This document shows positions 11,373-22,921 of a DNA stretch of 64,000 nucleotides, piece by piece. The position numbers and the translations under genes are program-made. Position 1 is the stretch's first letter, and every line of letters begins with the position of its first letter. The notes beneath the pieces were generated by a model. The model saw nothing but the letters and a program-made list of their open reading frames with translations, made no database searches and had not been told where the DNA came from. The stretch is taken from positions 50,344,001 to 50,408,000 of the forward strand of contig CM060731.1 in the NCBI GenBank assembly GCA_030704615.1. The letters run 5' to 3'. The DNA comes from Takakia lepidozioides (lineage: Eukaryota > Plantae > Bryophyta).

Positions 11373-14300
11373 ATGGAGCCTGACAGAGCAGCTGTCGTGC
11401 TGAGATTACAACAGCGTGACGATGCTCTTTTTCAGCGTGAGGTTGCGCGGTGTCGAGAGTATGGTCTCAACAAGTTAAGATGCCCTTGCAATCACTGTAA
11501 GGGTGGACGACCGGTCTCTATAGAGAGAGTGAGAAAACATCTAATGGCCAATCATAAATCCCCTGCGTTCAGATCCTGGAGAGGAGCAAGGAGGCATGCT
11601 TCTGACGATGAATGGGAAGACACGGCCGTGGTGGTTGGTGACGACGTAGCTTTAGCAAATCATCGGACACAGGGAGAATTGGACAGAAATGTTGAGGTAC
11701 AGCGCATGATCCAAGAGACCTTTCAGATCATAGACACACCTGAAACTGGAAATGGGGCAGAAGTGGAATTAGATGACCTAGATGTTCCCGGTGACACGAA
11801 CATCCCTTCCTTAGCCCATGACCCGGTTGTGGGTGGGGACTCTCACACTGATGATCCCATCTCATTGGAAGAGGCATGTCTACCTTTGTATGAAGGCTGT
11901 AAATCCTCTAAGCTGGCATCCACCATGCTTATAATGAATCTATGCGCAACACATGGGGTTACAAATGGCTTTGCGGATGAAATGTTCTCTTTGCTGCAGA
12001 AAACCTTGTTGCCACAACCAAACGTACTACCCACATCTTTCTACCATGCAAAGACCATGGTGAGCAAGCTTGGGCTTGCTTATGAGAAGATCGATGCTTG
12101 CCCAAAGGGGTGTGTGTTGTTTAGGGGGGACTTGAAAACTTCAGAGAGTTGCCCCAAGTGTCAAAGCGCCTGATTCAAAAATGTGGGGAGATCCAAGGTA
12201 CCTGTTAAGGTGCTTCGCCATTTTCCATTGATACCACGCCTTTTGCGTATGTATAGATGTTCTTCTATTGCAGAATTAATGACATGGCACAGTCGGAATG
12301 CAAGCAACGATGGCCTTGTGCGCCATGCAGCTGATTCAAAGGCTTGGAAACACATTGATGCTACTTGGCCCGACTTTGCAGCAGAGCCTCGCAATGTAAG
12401 GCTTGGTTTTTCCTTCGATGGAGTCAACCCGTTTGGTGATAAGAACAATTGCTGGTCAACATGGCCAGTGTTGACGCTGGTATACAACCTACCTCCCTGG
12501 CTCACTACAAAGAAGTTCTTTGTCATGCTTACTCTCTTGATTCCAGGAAAGCAGTCAGTTACAAGTGAGCACATAGATGTGTACTTAGCACCACTGATGG
12601 AGGAGTTACTTGTTTTGTGGAGGGGGGTTCGGGCATATGACATATGCAAACCTGTTGGTGAGAGAACCTTCATACTACGCGCCATACTACTGTGGAGCAT
12701 CCACGATTTCCTGCTTATGGCCTACTTGCAGGATGTGTCACAAAAGGCTACAAAGGGTGTCCAGTATGCGGTCCTCATGTAGATGCAAGACACTCAAAAG
12801 TTCTGGGCAAAACTGTCTACCAAGGTCACCGCAGGTTCCTCCCTCAGGCCCATCCATACCGCAGGAACCGCATACACTTAATGGACAGGTGGAGATGCGT
12901 GCGAAGCCACATCCGTTCACACCGGTTGAACAAGAGGCCGCTGGTGTTGAGGCTGAAGGTTATGACCTTGACCCCCGTGCTTTTCCTGATGCTGAAGTTC
13001 ATCCAGCCAAGGTTCATGGTATCAAAAGGCGCAGCTGCCTATGGGATTTACCATACTGGAAGGTATCCCCTGCACTTGTACTTGTTTGAGTTCAATGTTC
13101 TTTGTAAATGGAAAAGGTAGTGCCCCTGTAGTGGTTACTTCTTACTTTCCGAGTGGTAAAGTAGCAGTACTGCATGTAATTTGGACTTCACATTAATAAC
13201 TCGTGGAGTGGTAAAAGGTAGTATCCATGATGCTCAGGAAGTTGTTGACATCACTTGAGAGGCTAATAATGCACTAAAGGAGTTGTTTGAACCACTGAGG
13301 AGGGACTGTCATGCATCACAGCCACTTTAGACATGGAAGTATATAGTGCTCATAAAGGAATCTGATTTGTATAGGACTGCAATCTGTCGGAATGTTCCTG
13401 AAATGGTGTCACCAATTGCAGGATCTGTTGCAACGCTACTTACTGGATCCCATGCATTGCGAAAAGAATTTTTGTGAAAACTTGTTGAAGACGATTTTCG
13501 GACGGAAGGACACGGTGAAGGTGAGGAACGACATGGAGGTAATCGGCATCAGACGTCACTTGTGGCTTCGGCCTGATCCACAGAACCCTTCACGTATCAT
13601 GAAACCAGCAGCACCGTATGTTCTCACTCCCGCTGAAATCACGATATTTCTTGATACTTTGGGGGCTATCAAAACTCCTTCGGGATTTGCAGGTGCATTT
13701 CAGAAACACATACACCCGTCTAGGAAACATTTGACGAGTATGAAGTCCCATGATTATCACGTTTTAATGCAACAGATTTTACCTGTGTGTATTCGCCATT
13801 GCATGGCGGGGGGCCCACGTGGGGTCATTATGCGTGTGAGTCGCATTTTCCGCCGGATTTGTGCCAAAGTATGGGACCCTAATGAAATAGATTCATTGCG
13901 TGAGGATGTTGCTATAACCTTGTGTCTGTTAGATAAAGAGTTCCCCCCTTCTTTCTTTGATGTCATGACCCATTTGCTAGTTCATCTCGTAGATGAACTA
14001 GACACATGTGGTCCGGTGTTATCACGGTGGATGTATCCCATGGAGCGTTACATGAAAGATCTCAAGGGATACGTTAGGAATTACGCAAAGCCAGAAGGGA
14101 GTATGGCTGCAGGGTATGTTCTTGATGAGGCCATGGGGTTCATAAGTGAGTATATGCAATCATTTGATGCAACTCAACGGTGGATTTGGGATGCAAATGC
14201 GGAGGAAAGGGTTGAGAACGAGGTCTTGGAAGGTGTCGGCAAAAAGCGGGACATGAGTGGAGCTAAGAGAGATGCAGCACATTTGTATGTGCTGAACAAT

Positions 14301-15533
14301 ACCAATGTGATGGTTCCTTGGGTGCAGTGAGTTCTTCTTTTCATTGCACCTTATTCATATATATCAAGTTCAAATGCAATTGTGACTGTCACCAGTGTAA
14401 TAGAACCACCCACAAAGTCACAAATGTCAGTGGTTCATCGTGATGATAACCACTTCTGTAGTAACTGAATGTTAAGTGAGTGACTTTTTGGAAGAGCATG
14501 TTCATTTACAAGTCATTATGCTCACTCATCCAGTGGTTTTCAAAGTATCATTCATGCTAGGTATTTTTTGCAAAGTAATGCAACACTTCATTGCTAACAT
14601 GTGTCATTCTTGTTGCCATTTTGTGACAGAAAGTATGCAACAGAGAAGGCACAGTTCACTGCAGACAGAGAGGCATGTGCTCGTGAGTGGCGTGCCAATC
14701 GTCGATGTCACCGCCGCCTTCCGGTGCCATACCCTCCCCATTTGTTGGAGTTTCCACCCCTACCGGTATGGATACGCCATGCAGTCCAGGCCCATGTCTC
14801 TGAGCATGGTGTTGAGGATACGGATGTAATTCATTTGTCTACTCCCCCCTCATTGAGATCAGCTTCATTTCGCGGCATGAAGGCGTATGGAAATCATTAT
14901 CGAGTGGATGACACAGAGAGTCGTCTTCTTGTCTCTTTTGATTCCGGAGTTGCATCTGTCTTCCAGCAACAGAGCAGAAATAGTGTGTGTGATAGAAATC
15001 CAGTCATGTCACCATTAGAGTACGTTGGGGTCATCAAAGAGATCTTCAAATTGGATTATGGACGAGTGCACCCCATTGTATTTCGTTGTGCCTAGGTGAG
15101 GGCCAACCTCGTTGGACAAAATGCTACAATGAAGCGGGATTCGTATGGTTTTCTACTTGCAAATTTTGGGAGGATGTTACCCGCCAATTATTAGCCGTTC
15201 ATCTTTCCATCTCAAATTGAACAGGTGTTCTTTTCGGATGAGTCCCCAAGTTCGGAGTGGAAGGTAGTCCTTCGGAAGGATCCAAGAGCAAAAAAGATTG
15301 TGGCGGACATAGATCAATGTGACATTGGCGAAAATGCAGATTTCGATGGCCTTCAGGCACCGTCCACCTTATCAGATCAGCCAATACCTAGGTCATTAGA
15401 TGGTGCCACGGCTCTAAATAAAGAAGACCTGGCTATGTTGGCTAACATTCAAGCGGCGTTTGTGCAACCAACCGCTATTCCAGTTGAGCAAAGTGATTCA
15501 GAGGGTGACGAATATGTTTCAGATTCAGAATAA
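11373..15533 (+). pseudogene. CACTA TnpD-like transposase (Transposase_21, DUF4218, DUF4216), 3 exons, disrupted
   Basis: CPCNHC; EKIDACPKGCVLF; RNVRLGFSFDGVNPF; LDPMHCEKN; MKSHDYH; WMYPMERYMK. Introns ~13063-13421 and ~14327-14630. Premature stops at 12171, 15093 and 15191; frameshifts near 12710 and 12875. Confidence 0.95.
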
Positions 15534-16218
15534 AGTTCATTGTTGGAACCATTTGTTCAATATCATCATGCTACAATGGTCTGGCCACTTGTCTGTTTTT
15601 CAAAGTCTGTCACAGCTGCACAAACCACTTAAAATTTTTCATGTATCACCCAAAAAGTGGTACCAATCACTTGTCTGTAGGCAACCACTCATGAGCAACC
15701 ACTAGAATAGTGGTTCCAATTACTGCAGTATCTTTCACCACCCACTCTCCACCACTATCAAAGTGGTACAAATCAATGAGGTGTCTTTAACCACTCAAGA
15801 TCAACGTGCAGCACTGTCCCCGTCCACGTGGAATATTATATATATGAATTAATACATATTTCCAAATCATAAATCACAAATAAAATTTGAATTATTACAC
15901 GTGGAGTAGCAAGTGGTTTCAACCACTTCCCATCACTGAGGTGTCTATAACCACTCACAATGTACCACTGCACTCGTCCACGTGGAATATTATATTATAT
16001 TAATTAAAATGTATTACCAAATAAATAATAATAAATAGAAACAATTTATTACACGTGGACTACTGAGTGGTTGAAACCACTTCCAACCACTGTCTGTGAT
16101 GCCACCGTGGCATTTCATTGGGATTAACCACTGGCAAGTGGTTACTAGTGGTTTATAGAGTGGAAAAAGACAGTAGTGGTTAAAGGGCCAGTGGTTATTC
16201 CACGTTTTTCTTCTAGTG

Positions 16219-16817
16219 GCCCTTGCTGTGCATATTCTGCAATCACCGCACTCCACGACACCATATCTCGTTCAGCCATACTGTCGAACACTCCCTTCGT
16301 ACATGTCCATGAGGGTATTGTTCAGAATGACATTTGGTACAATTGCAGCTCTGACAATGTCGCCATGGACCTCTTTGCCCTTTTCCAGAGCTGCCAGGTT
16401 TGCATACGATTTGCAAATGCACACAAACGTGATGTGGTTGGGCTTCACCCCTTCGTGCAACATTTGCTCATAGGTCTCCAAAGCATTAATCCTACCACAC
16501 CCATGTTTGGTAAATCCTGCCAACATTATATTCCACGTGATCAAAGATCGTTGAGGCATTCTGTTGAACACTTGGTGAGCATCCATGATGCTCCCGCAGT
16601 TAACATACATGTTGACAAAGGTGTTGAGTAGAAAAACATTTGGCGTGAATCCACTTTGGATAATGTGAGTGTGCACCTGCTTTCCAGCTTCCAGACCTTC
16701 CATCTTGACACACTTAAGCAAGAGACAGACATACGTATCTGAATCTGCCGAAATGCCTCCTTGGTTTAGAGTCTGTAGAGCCTCTGTCAGTCTGCCTACC
16801 GCACAAAGTATCTTCAC
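16219..16817 (-). pseudogene. N-terminal part of the PLS-class PPR array (right of the CACTA insertion)
   Basis: VKILCAVGRLTEALQTLNQGGISADSDTYVCLLLKC...GKQVHTHIIQSG...MYVNCGSIMDAHQVFNRM...WNIMLAGF, a typical start of a PLS array. Confidence 0.92.
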
Positions 16818-16888
16818 ATGCCCAGAGTGCCAGAAGAGGCATTGTGGACTCCCTCTCTTGATCCTCTTTCAGAAGCTGTGGTCATGGT

Positions 16889-17577
16889 TTAGATGCCTGA
16901 TTCTATGAACTGTGTCGCTGCAGCTGCTGCCTTTAGTTGACCATCTACCCAAGCAGGTTTATTGTAGCTATTGATCCACATGGAATCATAGGTCATCTGG
17001 AGCTTGAAGTCCGTCCCTCTTGGATGAATCTGTCCACCACACACTATCCCTGCACCTTCAGCTATCCATGCCTCTGCACAAATCATACATACATCCTTGC
17101 ATTGCTGCTATCAGCTGACAATGACAGCCTAGATTTGTTCTAGGAAACACCCAACTCAACTTATCACACTAGTTCCTATGCTCAGTTGCATCTGCTACTC
17201 TCTCCAACAAGCATTCACCTTTTTGCCTTGATTGTCCCACCATTGACTGGGGTCAGAAAAGTATTCATTCCACATCTTCTCCTCGTCTCTGTTACCTGTT
17301 TCTGGATACTTCCCTGTTGTCACATTGGCAGTATCATGTCAAAGTCACTCCAAGCTATCAAAGGTTCACCCAACCAACTAACTAGCAGAATTCAACGTGA
17401 AAATTTAGGGCCGATTCTGATAAGAGGGAAAACTGGGTGAAATGTGTTGAAGAAGGTGCCTTCATTAGTAGCGCCTGAATTTATCAATTGTGCCGCTGCT
17501 GCTGCGGCTTCCAGTTGACCATCTACCCATGCAGGTTTCTTGTACCTATCCTTCCACAGGGAATCATAGGTAATCTG
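16889..17577 (-). pseudogene. 1.5 OSB-type PDF modules immediately upstream of the PPR array
   Basis: Exon 17313-17219 KYPETGNRDEEKMWNEYFSDPSQWWDNQGKK; GT-AG intron 17218-17030; exon from 17029 IHPRGTDFKLQMTYDSMWINSYNKPAWVDGQL. An upstream partial unit QITYDSLWKDRYKKPAWVDGQLE starts near 17577. Confidence 0.85.
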
Positions 17578-18087
17578 CCGTCATATACCCATCACAGGTC
17601 CAATCAAAACAGTAGCCATAACAGCCACTTTTGGCAAGACTAGACATTTCAAAGACTGCCCTACATAATAAGCTTACACATATACCACTTTTAGCAGCTC
17701 AATGAGAATCCTGTCAACTTTGGAAGAACACAGAAGAAAAAGAAGCGAGAATAACCTCGGCAAGGGTCTGCTCAACGCGAAGGCGTGTGCCATCGAAAAG
17801 GAAGGCAATAGAGCTGGGATCAACTGACCGACGGTCGCAGTATGCATGCATCAGCTTTCGAAGTGTGGCTGTGGTCTTAATCCTGAAAAAAACCTCCCCG
17901 CCATCCTACACATTGCAGCATCCCCGGCCATCCGTTACTAGACCCATGCAAATTCTCCTTCACAACACCTTCTTCTTCAACCACCCAAAATTACCACAAT
18001 TCTCGCAGCTTTCTTCACAAGGAGAATCTATTGAAAGTCCTTGGCATTTGATGTAATCAAATATATTTGTGAACCACATAAGAGGTG

Positions 18088-18541
18088 TACCTGCGGACCC
18101 AGCCATTGTTGGGAAGTACGCAGCGCATAACGATCGTGCTTGGGTTTCTTCAACGGGTCAGTCTCGTGCAATGCAACAGCTGCCTTCATGTAAGAGCTTC
18201 CATCAAGAATCCACTCCATGATGACTGCTGCCTCCATCTGACCTGGGTGGTGCTTCATCTTGTGAGTTAATGGATCAGCAAACTCTGGCTTTCCTTGCAT
18301 CACCTCGCAAAAGAGGGTTGAGAGAACCTCAGCAAGTAGGGCTAACACATTTCCATCATAATAGACCGTTGATGCCAAGCCTGATCCCACTGTCGTCCCA
18401 TTAACAAGGGTGAGGCCCTCTTTCGGCTGCGGCTCAAAGGGCTTCTCAACTCTGGCGAGCTTGAGAGCTTGTACAGCTGAAATCTCCTGTCCGTCCTCAG
18501 TGACAGCTCTGGAGTTGGGCCTGGCAGTTAGAAGCCCTGCA
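18088..18541 (-). pseudogene. PAL: Internal fragment of phenylalanine ammonia-lyase
   Basis: [10 protein letters not shown]...[19 protein letters not shown]...[27 protein letters not shown]...[15 protein letters not shown]. Lacks the ASG (MIO) motif and both termini; has substitutions at conserved sites. Confidence 0.93.
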
Positions 18542-18739
18542 TTTGACAAAAATGGGAAACAACCCATACAAAAATGCCACGGGCTTCCATATCTGACCCT
18601 TCACTTTCAGATTAATGTGACCTCCCGCCCTCCAAAAGGCTTCTTCTCCTCCCCGTTGTGAATTTCTCCTGCATTGTTGGTGCTATCCTCCACACCAGCC
18701 ATGATTCCAGCAACCACACCTAGCGCACAAAGGCAGACG

Positions 18740-20097
18740 TGCACAGAGACAGCGGGTCTCATGGACTGCTATGATTGCAGGATCTGCTCAGCATGGTCAT
18801 GGTGAGGAGGCTTTTAAACTCTTTCAGCGCATGCAAAGAGAAGGCACGACGACAGATATTGTCACCTCTATTAGTGTCCTCAACGCTTGTGCTGGCCCGG
18901 AGGCTTTAGAACGGGGCAAGCAGCTCCATGCCAGCATCATCAAAGCTGAATTTGAGTTAGATGTTGGTCTCGGGATGTCAGTATGTATTGCAAGTGCAGG
19001 AGTGTGATGGATGCACTCAATGTGTTTGACAGAATGCCTAAGCGAGATGTGGTCTCCTGAACTGCGATGATTGGAGGATATGCACAGAGTGGTCATGGTG
19101 AGGAGGCTTTCAAACACTTTTGACAAATGCAAAGAGAGGGTGTGTAACATCCCTGGAACAAGGCAAGTGGGTCCATGCCTACATTATCAAATCTGGGTGT
19201 GAGTCAGATGTCTATGTCAGGAGTGCCCTCATTGATATGTATACCAAATGTGGGAGTGTAGATGCATGGGAGGTGTTTGACAAAATTCTTAAACCAGATG
19301 TGGTCTCATGGACTGCGATGATTATAGGATATGCTCAGCATGGGCGTGGTCACGAGTCTCTCCAACTGTTTGAACTGATGCAATTGAAAGGTGTGAAGCC
19401 AAATGAGGGCACATTTATTGGTGTTCTCTCTGCAGGCAGCCATTTGGGCCTTGTAGATGAAGGCGGTCATTATTCTCAATCCATGTGTCAAGAGCATGGC
19501 ACTGCACCTGCATGGTTGACCTCCTTGGCCATGCAGGGCGCTTGGATGAGGCAGAAGATTTCATTGCCAACATGACACTCAAAACCAAGTGCTTCAGTGT
19601 GGGGGGGGGGGCCTTGCTTGGTGCCTGCAGAATCTTATGGAAGTGTGGAGTTAGCAGAGTGTGCTGCAAAATGTATTTTCAAGGTGGAATCACAAGATGC
19701 TGCAGTGTATATGTTGCTTTCAAACATCTATGCTGTAGCTGATGTAACAAAAGTGAGAAAAGCAATGGACGCAAGAGGTGAAAAAAGAACCAAGCCACAC
19801 TTGGATTGAGGCGGAAAATAGGATGTATACATTTGCCGTTGGAGATAGATCTCACCCACGAGCAGAGGAGATATATGCTAGATTGACTTGGCAGATTAAG
19901 AAGACCATTGCTTTTGGGCTCATTAGCACATCCCCTGGGACCCTATCCGCATCATTAAAAACCTATGTGTATGTAGGGACTGCCACACTGCCACCAAGTT
20001 GGTATCCAAAATTGTTGCACGAGAAATTATTGCAAGGGATGCCATATGCTTTCATCACCTCAACAATGGGGTGTGTTCTTGTGGGGACTACTGGTAA
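18740..20097 (+). pseudogene. PLS-E-DYW PPR pseudogene (C-to-U editing-factor type)
   Basis: PLS motifs (DVVSWTAMIIGYAQHGRG), E-region HCTCMVDLLGHAGRLDEAE, PG-box-like PSHTWIE..GDRSHPR, and C-terminus [21 protein letters not shown] (stop 20095-20097). Multiple frameshifts and stops. Confidence 0.93.
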
Positions 20098-20279
20098 ACT
20101 CAGGGTAAATACAACAGCCAGAAAACACTCCAGACAGCTGTTTCACCTACCGGACTAAAAAATATCTTTCCCGAGGGTATGTTACCCATCTTATGGTAAG
20201 GCCTTAAAGTTCTCCCAAGGTTATGTCCCTTGATTTAATACGAGTTGCCGTATATATATAAAGAAAAATCAACCTTGTG

Positions 20280-20520
20280 GGATGTGGTATGATCTTCTCC
20301 CCAACCCCCCGGGGTCCCTTGAGCCTTGTGCTCAGGTAGTGATCCTGGGTTCAATCCTTAAACATGTGCCTTCAAACCGACCATTGGCCTCTCGATGGGC
20401 TGTGTTGAGCAGTAGGCTCTGTAGATTCATTGGACATTAAGGAAAATTTACCTTTATCTATCAAAGAGGTTATTTTCCCCTCACTATAGTGAAGGGCCTG
20501 ATGTGTGAGAAGTAGCTTAC
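20280..20520 (+). mobile_element. Degenerate SINE-like copy
   Basis: B-box-like GGGTTCAATCC; 3' segment aaagaggttat..gggcctgatgtgtgag shared with the SINE at 22700-22921. Confidence 0.4.
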
Positions 20521-20589
20521 CGTTTTTTTTTTTTTTTTTTTTTTCAAATTTTTCCTTTTGTAAGTCTTAGGTGTCTACCTATGGTGCAA

Positions 20590-20856
20590 CTTAGTCTTAG
20601 TGGCAATCTTTATCAAACTTGTCAAATTTTGGGGATGCCAAAGGGGAAGGACCAGCAGAATGTCGGCCCTCTTTTCTTTGAGAAATAAAAATAACATGAT
20701 AGCTTCGGCAACACTCCTCCGTTCTTCTTCCGAAAAACAATGAATATACAGGGTGTATGTATGGAACACCATGGGGATGACCCAGCCCTTTTTGTGAAAA
20801 TTGAACGTAGTTCTCAGAAGTCGTCGCTAGTAGTGCGGAGCAACGCGAAGCCCTAG
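20590..20856 (+). mobile_element. Helitron/Helentron-like 3' terminus
   Basis: GTCGTCGCTAG (inverse of 1668-1678), a short degraded hairpin, then CCCTAG|T. Confidence 0.4.
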
Positions 20857-21142
20857 TATATTTAGATTGCTTTTGTGATACATAGATGTAGCGTAGGTGT
20901 GTTGGTTAGTTTTTAGTGTCTTAGAAATGTTATAACGTGGAGGTCTTAGGTTCAAGTATGCATTGCATGATATATGTAGAACAATGAACATATCGCCATT
21001 AGACAGAACCGGAGTCAATGGTCAACAAGTTTTTGAAATTCAAATTTTCCCACCTAAATTCAAATGTACCTTAAATTGTGATGTCCGGACATCGTACTTT
21101 GCGACCCCCGGACGATGCTAATTCTGCATTGCAGAGTGTGTT

Positions 21143-21186
<44 letters not shown>

Positions 21187-21189
21187 CTC

Positions 21190-21460
21190 GACTCTTTCGC
21201 CTATTTGCGACCCCCATTGGTAGCAAATTTGCGACGTTTTTTTGGCGACGCCCGACATCGCAAATTTGGTTCTTCCCCCTGCCCGAAAAGGGCTGTTTTA
21301 TGCGATTTCGCCTATCCCCATTGGTCGCAAATTTGCGACGTTTTTTTGGCGAGGGGCTTGCAACGCCCGGGCGTCGCAAATTTGGTTCTTCCCCCCTGCC
21401 CAAAAAGGGCTGTTTTACGACGCCGCGGCGTGGAAAACCCCCCCCTCTTTTCCTGTAATG
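21190..21460. mobile_element. Right terminus of a second CACTA family
   Basis: TTTGCGACG/CGTCGCAAA subterminal repeats in a ~115-bp tandem duplication, ending CTCTTTTCCTGTAATG (about CACTACAGGAAAAGAG with one mismatch), abutting Copia RNase H. Confidence 0.65.
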
Positions 21461-22440
21461 CAAAGCAATGCTACCTTGGTTATCGCTCTTGATCGGGGTT
21501 GTCTTCTCTTGGATGAAGTTCAGCTCATTCAAAGAGCGTTCGCAACCACATCGCCTCTTTTGCACTTGGGCAGCTGCCATGTATTCAGCCTCTGTAATAG
21601 ACACAACAACTGTAGGTTGCTTTTTACTATTCCAACTGATTGCGCCACTGGCCCAAAGTAAAGGCATAACATGTGGTGGACTTCCTACTATCCAAGTCCC
21701 CACCCCAATCTGAATCACAACTGCCTTCCAAAGCATCATTTGCTCCAGCCTTAAATTGCAGAATCATCTATTGAGTCCCCTTCAAATACCTGAAGATTCT
21801 CTTGACTGCTTCCCAATGAGCAATCCTCAGATTTGCCATAAATTGACTCACCATTCCAACTACAACTACTATATCTGGTCTAGTACCTGTCATAGCATAC
21901 ATCAGACTGCCAACAGCTTGACAGTATGGAACCTCAGTCATCTCATCTTGCTCCTCCTTTGTTTGGGGCTCATGTTGTTTGGATAACCTTTTTCCAACTT
22001 CCAGCCGAGTAGAGATTGGGTTGCAATCCTCCATATTGAACCTCTTAAGGATCTGGCTGATGTAAGCCTGACTGAGTGAAATGGTTCCTTGCACTCTATC
22101 CCTTATGATCTGAATGCCTAATATGTACTTTGCTTCCCCAAGGTCTGTCATTTGAAACTCAGAAGACAAGATCTTCTTGATTTCATTGACCTTGTCCAGT
22201 GATTTGCAAAGCAAGATTAGATCATCCACATATAGTGCCAAGATCAAAATGCTCTCTCCACTTCCTAGAACATAGACGCTATGATCAGAATCACATCGCA
22301 GGAATCCGTGTTTTGCTAGGAAATTATCAAACCTCTGGTACCAAGCTCTTGGTGCTTGCTTCAACCTGTAGAGAATCTTGAGAAGCCTGCAAACAAGTGT
22401 TTGCTCATTCTCCTTCACTTGCAACCCCTCTGGAAGTTGC
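21461..22440 (-). mobile_element. Ty1/Copia RT-RNase H fragment
   Basis: LYRLKQAPRAWY, LYVDDL, MTDLGEAKYILGI, GAISWNSKKQPTVVVSITEAEYMAA, KSDNQGSIAL. Confidence 0.95.
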
Positions 22441-22699
22441 AAACACAATTTTAAGTAAATCTGGACTAAAGTTTGGTCCAAAATAAAGGAGAAATATCTA
22501 AATATGTATTTTTTTAAATCATTTAAATGGATCATTTTAAATATAAATATAAAGATATAAATAATTGTTTGTATGTTAATATATAATATGAGCAATAAAG
22601 AAACATTATGTATAAACTTCAGGAAAAAAAGAAGTTTCTATTTAGCTCATAAAGCAAGTTCCACTGTTCACTCGACATTTAGTAAGAGTTGAATGAGAT

Positions 22700-22921
22700 A
22701 CCAACAGTCAGTAGCTCAGTTGGTGAAGTGCACTGAGTGCCACCCAAATGATTATGGGGTCAAATCTTGCTACTTACGAGTGTGGTATGTTCTTGGGCGG
22801 TGTCCCATTCCAACGCCACATGGCGGGGTTACTGTGAAAGAGGTTATACTATTAAGGGGGCCTGATTTGTGAGCTGTCGCTCCCAGGTGTTTCCATTACA
22901 TTAAAAAATAAATTAAAAAAA
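22700..22921 (+). mobile_element. tRNA-derived SINE
   Basis: A-box TAGCTCAGTTGG, degenerate B-box GGGTCAAATC, A-rich tail; its 3' end gtcgctcccagg recurs at ~32877-32910. Confidence 0.65.

Larger units (their letters stand above)
3608..16218. mobile_element. Full-length CACTA (En/Spm) transposon inserted in a PPR coding sequence
   Basis: Perfect 16-bp TIR CACTAGAAGAAAAACG (3608) / CGTTTTTCTTCTAGTG (16218); 3-bp TSD GCC on both sides; dense ACCACT/AGTGGT subterminal repeats. The joined flanks restore PPR codons (IAEYAQQGRG on the minus strand). Confidence 0.97.

Noticed and set aside
21071-21492. Poly-K / poly-F ORFs
   Set aside because: Translation artefacts of a 42-nt T run plus subterminal repeats.
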